DNA of 63,662 bases, the filler included, from Guillardia theta CCMP2712 (lineage: Eukaryota > Protista > Cryptophyta): assembly GCF_000315625.1 (NCBI RefSeq). It is 6 parts of 6 records of this genome, joined end to end, with 100 filler letters (N's around TTAATTAATTAA, not from the genome) between each part and the next. Parts side by side here need not be neighbours in the genome. Positions count along the whole stretch, not along the records: positions 58,465 to 63,662 come from NW_005434187.1; 5 more parts are not named here. One strand, 5' to 3'. This document shows, piece after piece, positions 60,351 to 63,662 of this stretch. The position numbers were made by a program, and so were the translations under genes. The notes beneath the pieces are model-generated. The model saw only the letters and a program-made list of their open reading frames with translations. It ran no database searches and was not told the DNA's origin. Each line of letters opens with the position of its first letter. Position 1 is the first letter of the stretch.

Positions 60351-62169
60351 CATACCAACGGCGTACTACACCTTCCGCTTTATCTGGTACTAGTCTGGCA
60401 GACATCATCGCTCAGCGCTCGATGCCCCTCGAGGATGTGGCATTTGGTCGGCACTTCATTCCTGATGATGGACCTGCTGCTGTGGTCTTGGCTCGCACTG
60501 CAAACGCGCGGCTACCTACCTCGGACTTTGTCGAGGTAAGACCGAAAGTAACCAGCACTGTGCTGCCAGGCTGCTGGCAACCAGACCCTACACTGCCATC
60601 CCACGCGGGAAGCCACGTAGCCGTGACAGCCCGGCGAGAGGACTCGGGGAGCCAGCAACCGTTGAACGAGCACCGTGATACCCGGTACAGCAGGGGACCA
60701 TGTGGACTGACACATGGTTTTGTTTTTTTTCGTTTAAGTTTTCTGAGGGGATAGTAGCTCGAGTTGAATCAATATGTCAGTCCAATTGAATCAATTCGAA
60801 GAAAAAATTCTCAATGACCCGGTGACCGTGAGGGTGCGACGGCGTCACCGTTGGTCACAACTTAGCCTGGCAGGGACCGTACGACCGTCGTACGGTCCTA
60901 AGACCGGGTCTACAGGCTATGATCATCATCCGGATGGGGCTCCGGGTACTTCCGGGTCTTGTTTGAGCCGCGTTTGTTGCCGCTGTGTCCCGTACGGCCT
61001 ATAGACTGACTATGTCACGGAGTCCGATCACGGCAGTGAGCGCCGTTTGAGTCAACCCCCGGCGGATGATGTCCGGCCCGGCCCGCCAGACTCCGATGAT
61101 GCCGAGTCACTGAGCCACTTGAAAACCGTTGAAAGCCGTTGGATCTGTCGGATTTGTTACGCCGATAAGGGCGTATGATCAAAATCTATTTTAAGAGCCT
61201 CTCCACGTCTATTTTTAGATCTCAATCGTTTTAAAAGGTGTTTTTAGCTTACCTTATCTCAAAACCTTGCTAAAATTAGATGGGGGTCGCAACGCCCTTC
61301 AAGTCTGGGGGGGGTGGTGTCATCAGTAAGTTGGATGACCCACCCCACCTAAGAACATCTACATGCCGGAATTCTAGGGGGTAGGTTGCTGCAGAACATT
61401 CTCTGATGGGGGGTAGGATACTGTGGTATGGGGTATATCCCAATCTTATGCAGTATTGGAGGAGGTGGGGGTGATCAGTGATTGAAAACAGGGGGTGGGG
61501 TGATGAAGCGACTATAGAAGAGGCGCAAGGTTTATAAGTCATGCAATTAATATCTGTTTTAGATTTGTACAAGTAAAACTATAAAAGTATGAAATTTAAA
61601 TATCTGAGAGGGGATAAAACTTGAAACGTTCTTTTTTTAAAACGTTTGAATTTTTGTCACTCGAATTTAGGTACGAATTCTCAGTAAAAATCTCTCACAT
61701 CTATAAATATACTTTTAACCCATTACGCCATTCAGTTGGCGTGTTTCTTCTCGTACTTCTCCTCGGATTATTGACTAATTGAATATATGTCATTTCCAGG
61801 TGTTTGATTCTCTCAAATATTACCTTCAAATTTGTAATTAATGAATCATATTTGGTCACTAAACATCAAATAACTTCGAGGGGGCTGAGGGGGCTGGAGG
61901 GATCGCCAACCGGGGGAGGAGTGAGAGGGGTCATAACGTCGAGCGCTCCAGCCGAGGAAACAATCCACCGCCATGGTAAGAGAACGAGGACGACGAGAAT
62001 GCTGAGAGAGACGAGGGGAGGGGAGGGGAGGGGAGGGGAGGGAGACACGTCAGGAAATGTTGTGTCGATGATTGCGACCTGAGCATGGAATTGTAAAACA
62101 TGATGAGTAGCAACAAATTTGTTGATTCTGTTAGCTAGTCAGCTACAGCACAGGGCGAAATTTATCGAT

Positions 62170-62734
62170 ATGATGGCAGGCAGCTTCTCAGAAATGTTCA
62201 GTTGTTTCTGCTAGAAATAATTTCAATAGATTCTGATGTTTGGTCACTCACTTCCTTTCCCTGCAGGAATTTTCTAAGTCCATTGTTTTCTGCCTTGTCG
62301 CAGTAGTTGCCATGGTGAGCTCAAGTACCTTCAACGTTGAACCCAGCTGATCAACTTCGAATAGTCTGCCATGGCTGCTGCCTTCGCTCCCACCCCTGCA
62401 CTCAACGCTCTCCGCCCAGCTCTCCGTGTTCCTGCCTGCTCCTCTCTCCGCATGTCTGCCAATGAGGTGAGAAAAGGGACTGAGGATTGACTGGACTCAA
62501 ACCTGCTGTTTAGGACGATCAACCCAAGGATCTCTCCAAGGGCAATGACTTCATCTCAATCGTGAGCGATCGACATGCTTGTTCTCACTGTGCTCACGAT
62601 CATGGCAGATCATCGACTCTGTGAAGCGCCTGTTCAAGAAGTCCGAGGACGACTATCCTCCCGGCGAGGGCCAGGGCTTCACCATGACCCCCAAGACTCC
62701 CCAGCGCAACAAGGGAGACTGGGGCGACAAGTGA
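62170..62734 (+). CDS. Small plastid-targeted protein (multi-exon; start uncertain)
   Basis: Signal SIVFCLVAVVAM|SAMAAA-FAPTPAL, transit peptide ending LRM, mature ..IIDSVKRLFKKSEDDYPPGEGQGFTMTP; ~50-nt GT-AG introns. Confidence 0.8.
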
Positions 62735-62849
62735 GCCAGTTATGAGCCACAGAGCCTCGTGTGTGTACAAAGCTCAAGTTTGCTTTCTCATTCATTGACT
62801 TGCATGTAAATTGATCATTAACTTGTCTACATCCTCGTGTGTCGACACC

Positions 62850-63420
62850 TTGTAGGCTCCCTCCCTCACCCTCACCTGGCCGCCACTGTTACCTCCCGTT
62901 CTATCCCCCCTCCTCCTCCCGTTCTATCCCTCCTCCTCCTCCTCCCCCTTTCTGATTCCCTCCTCTTCTCCCTCTCACCGGGAAGGTCATGGCGCTCGAG
63001 TAAGCCGCCAGCATGGCTCGCATGTACTCCATCACGTCTGCCATCCTCAAGCACTCCCTCCCGAACCTCTGCGACCCCCTGAGAGGCGACGAGCCTCCGC
63101 CTCCTTCTCACCTCCGCCTCCTCCCCGAGCTGCTTCATCCGCTGTGCATGTGTGAGCCCGCTACAAGCCAGGTGGGAGGAGGAGGAGAGTGAGGGAGGCG
63201 AAGCGACGGTAGAGGAAGAGCAGGAGGAGAGTGAGGGAGGCGAAGAGACGGTAGAGGAAGAGCAGGAGGAGAGTGAGGGAGGCGAAGAGACGGTAGAGGA
63301 AGAGCAGGAGGAGGTAGGAGAAGCCGCAGGGGGAGAAGGAGGCTGAGAGAATGATGGAGGTCACCTTGGGTGATTGACGGGCATGCTGTAAGCTCTCCAG
63401 CATCGCATGCGAGGCTGCCA
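62850..63420 (-). CDS. 3' exons of a hypothetical protein continuing beyond the window
   Basis: Coding-like exons (MLESLQHARQSPK; RMKQLGEEAEVRRRRR..) between purine-rich introns. Confidence 0.4.
63179..63312 (+). repeat. 42-bp minisatellite x3 (probably intronic)
   Basis: GAGGAGAGTGAGGGAGGCGAAGAGACGGTAGAGGAAGAGCAG repeated. Confidence 0.9.
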
Positions 63421-63476
63421 GGCGGTGAAAATGAGGAAGAGAGAGAGGGAGAGGAAGGGGGGGAAGGGAGGAGGAG

Positions 63477-63662
63477 GGAAGGGAGGGAGGGAGGGAGGGA
63501 GGGAGGGAGGGAGGGAGGGAGGGAGGGAGGGAGGGAGGGAGGGAGGGAGGGAGGGAGGGAGGGAGGGAGGGAGGGAGGGAGGGAGGGAGGGAGGGAGGGA
63601 GGGAGGGAGGGAGGGAGGGAGGGAGGGAGGGGAGGGAGGGAGGGAAGGGGAGGGAAGGGGGA
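63477..63662 (+). repeat. (GGGA)n microsatellite
   Basis: Direct reading. Confidence 0.97.

Overview
Eukaryotic nuclear DNA, most likely from a cryptophyte alga (Guillardia/Hanusia-like). The clues are short introns packed with CCT/GAG microsatellites, AxAF bipartite plastid-targeting peptides, an RWP-RK factor and TTTAGGG telomere repeats. Five artificial N-TTAATTAATTAA-N linkers (26416, 29590, 50772, 56435, 58409) split the window into six contigs, so adjacency across them is unproven. Recognisable host genes: RWP-RK transcription factor, family-16 lysine methyltransferase, ARM+C2 protein, RPS21, plastid 3-isopropylmalate dehydrogenase, DnaJ-type zinc-finger protein, SAM methyltransferase, mitochondrial L19, TRAPPC13, a 5'-truncated Cdc14, an FG-GAP fragment, the TIM44 3' end and a small plastid protein. 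The main finding is an apparent telomere-repeat-associated retroelement system with three parts. (i) A Dualen/RandI-type non-LTR element (APE + RT + restriction-like endonuclease) whose (TAA)n tail joins TTTAGGG repeat at a contig start. (ii) A head-to-tail array of RT-less elements encoding only an RRM-like ORF1, sharing the same 13-nt 3' motif, separated by telomere tracts and carrying 19/20-bp repeats at their 5' junctions. (iii) Signs of telomere healing inside one element, which is fused to a broken Cdc14 gene. Also notable: a GC-rich, intronless, virus-like contig with a palindrome-rich 332-bp tandem repeat, and a 1.8-kb array of a ~35-45-bp motif in largely alternating orientation with shuffled spacers.
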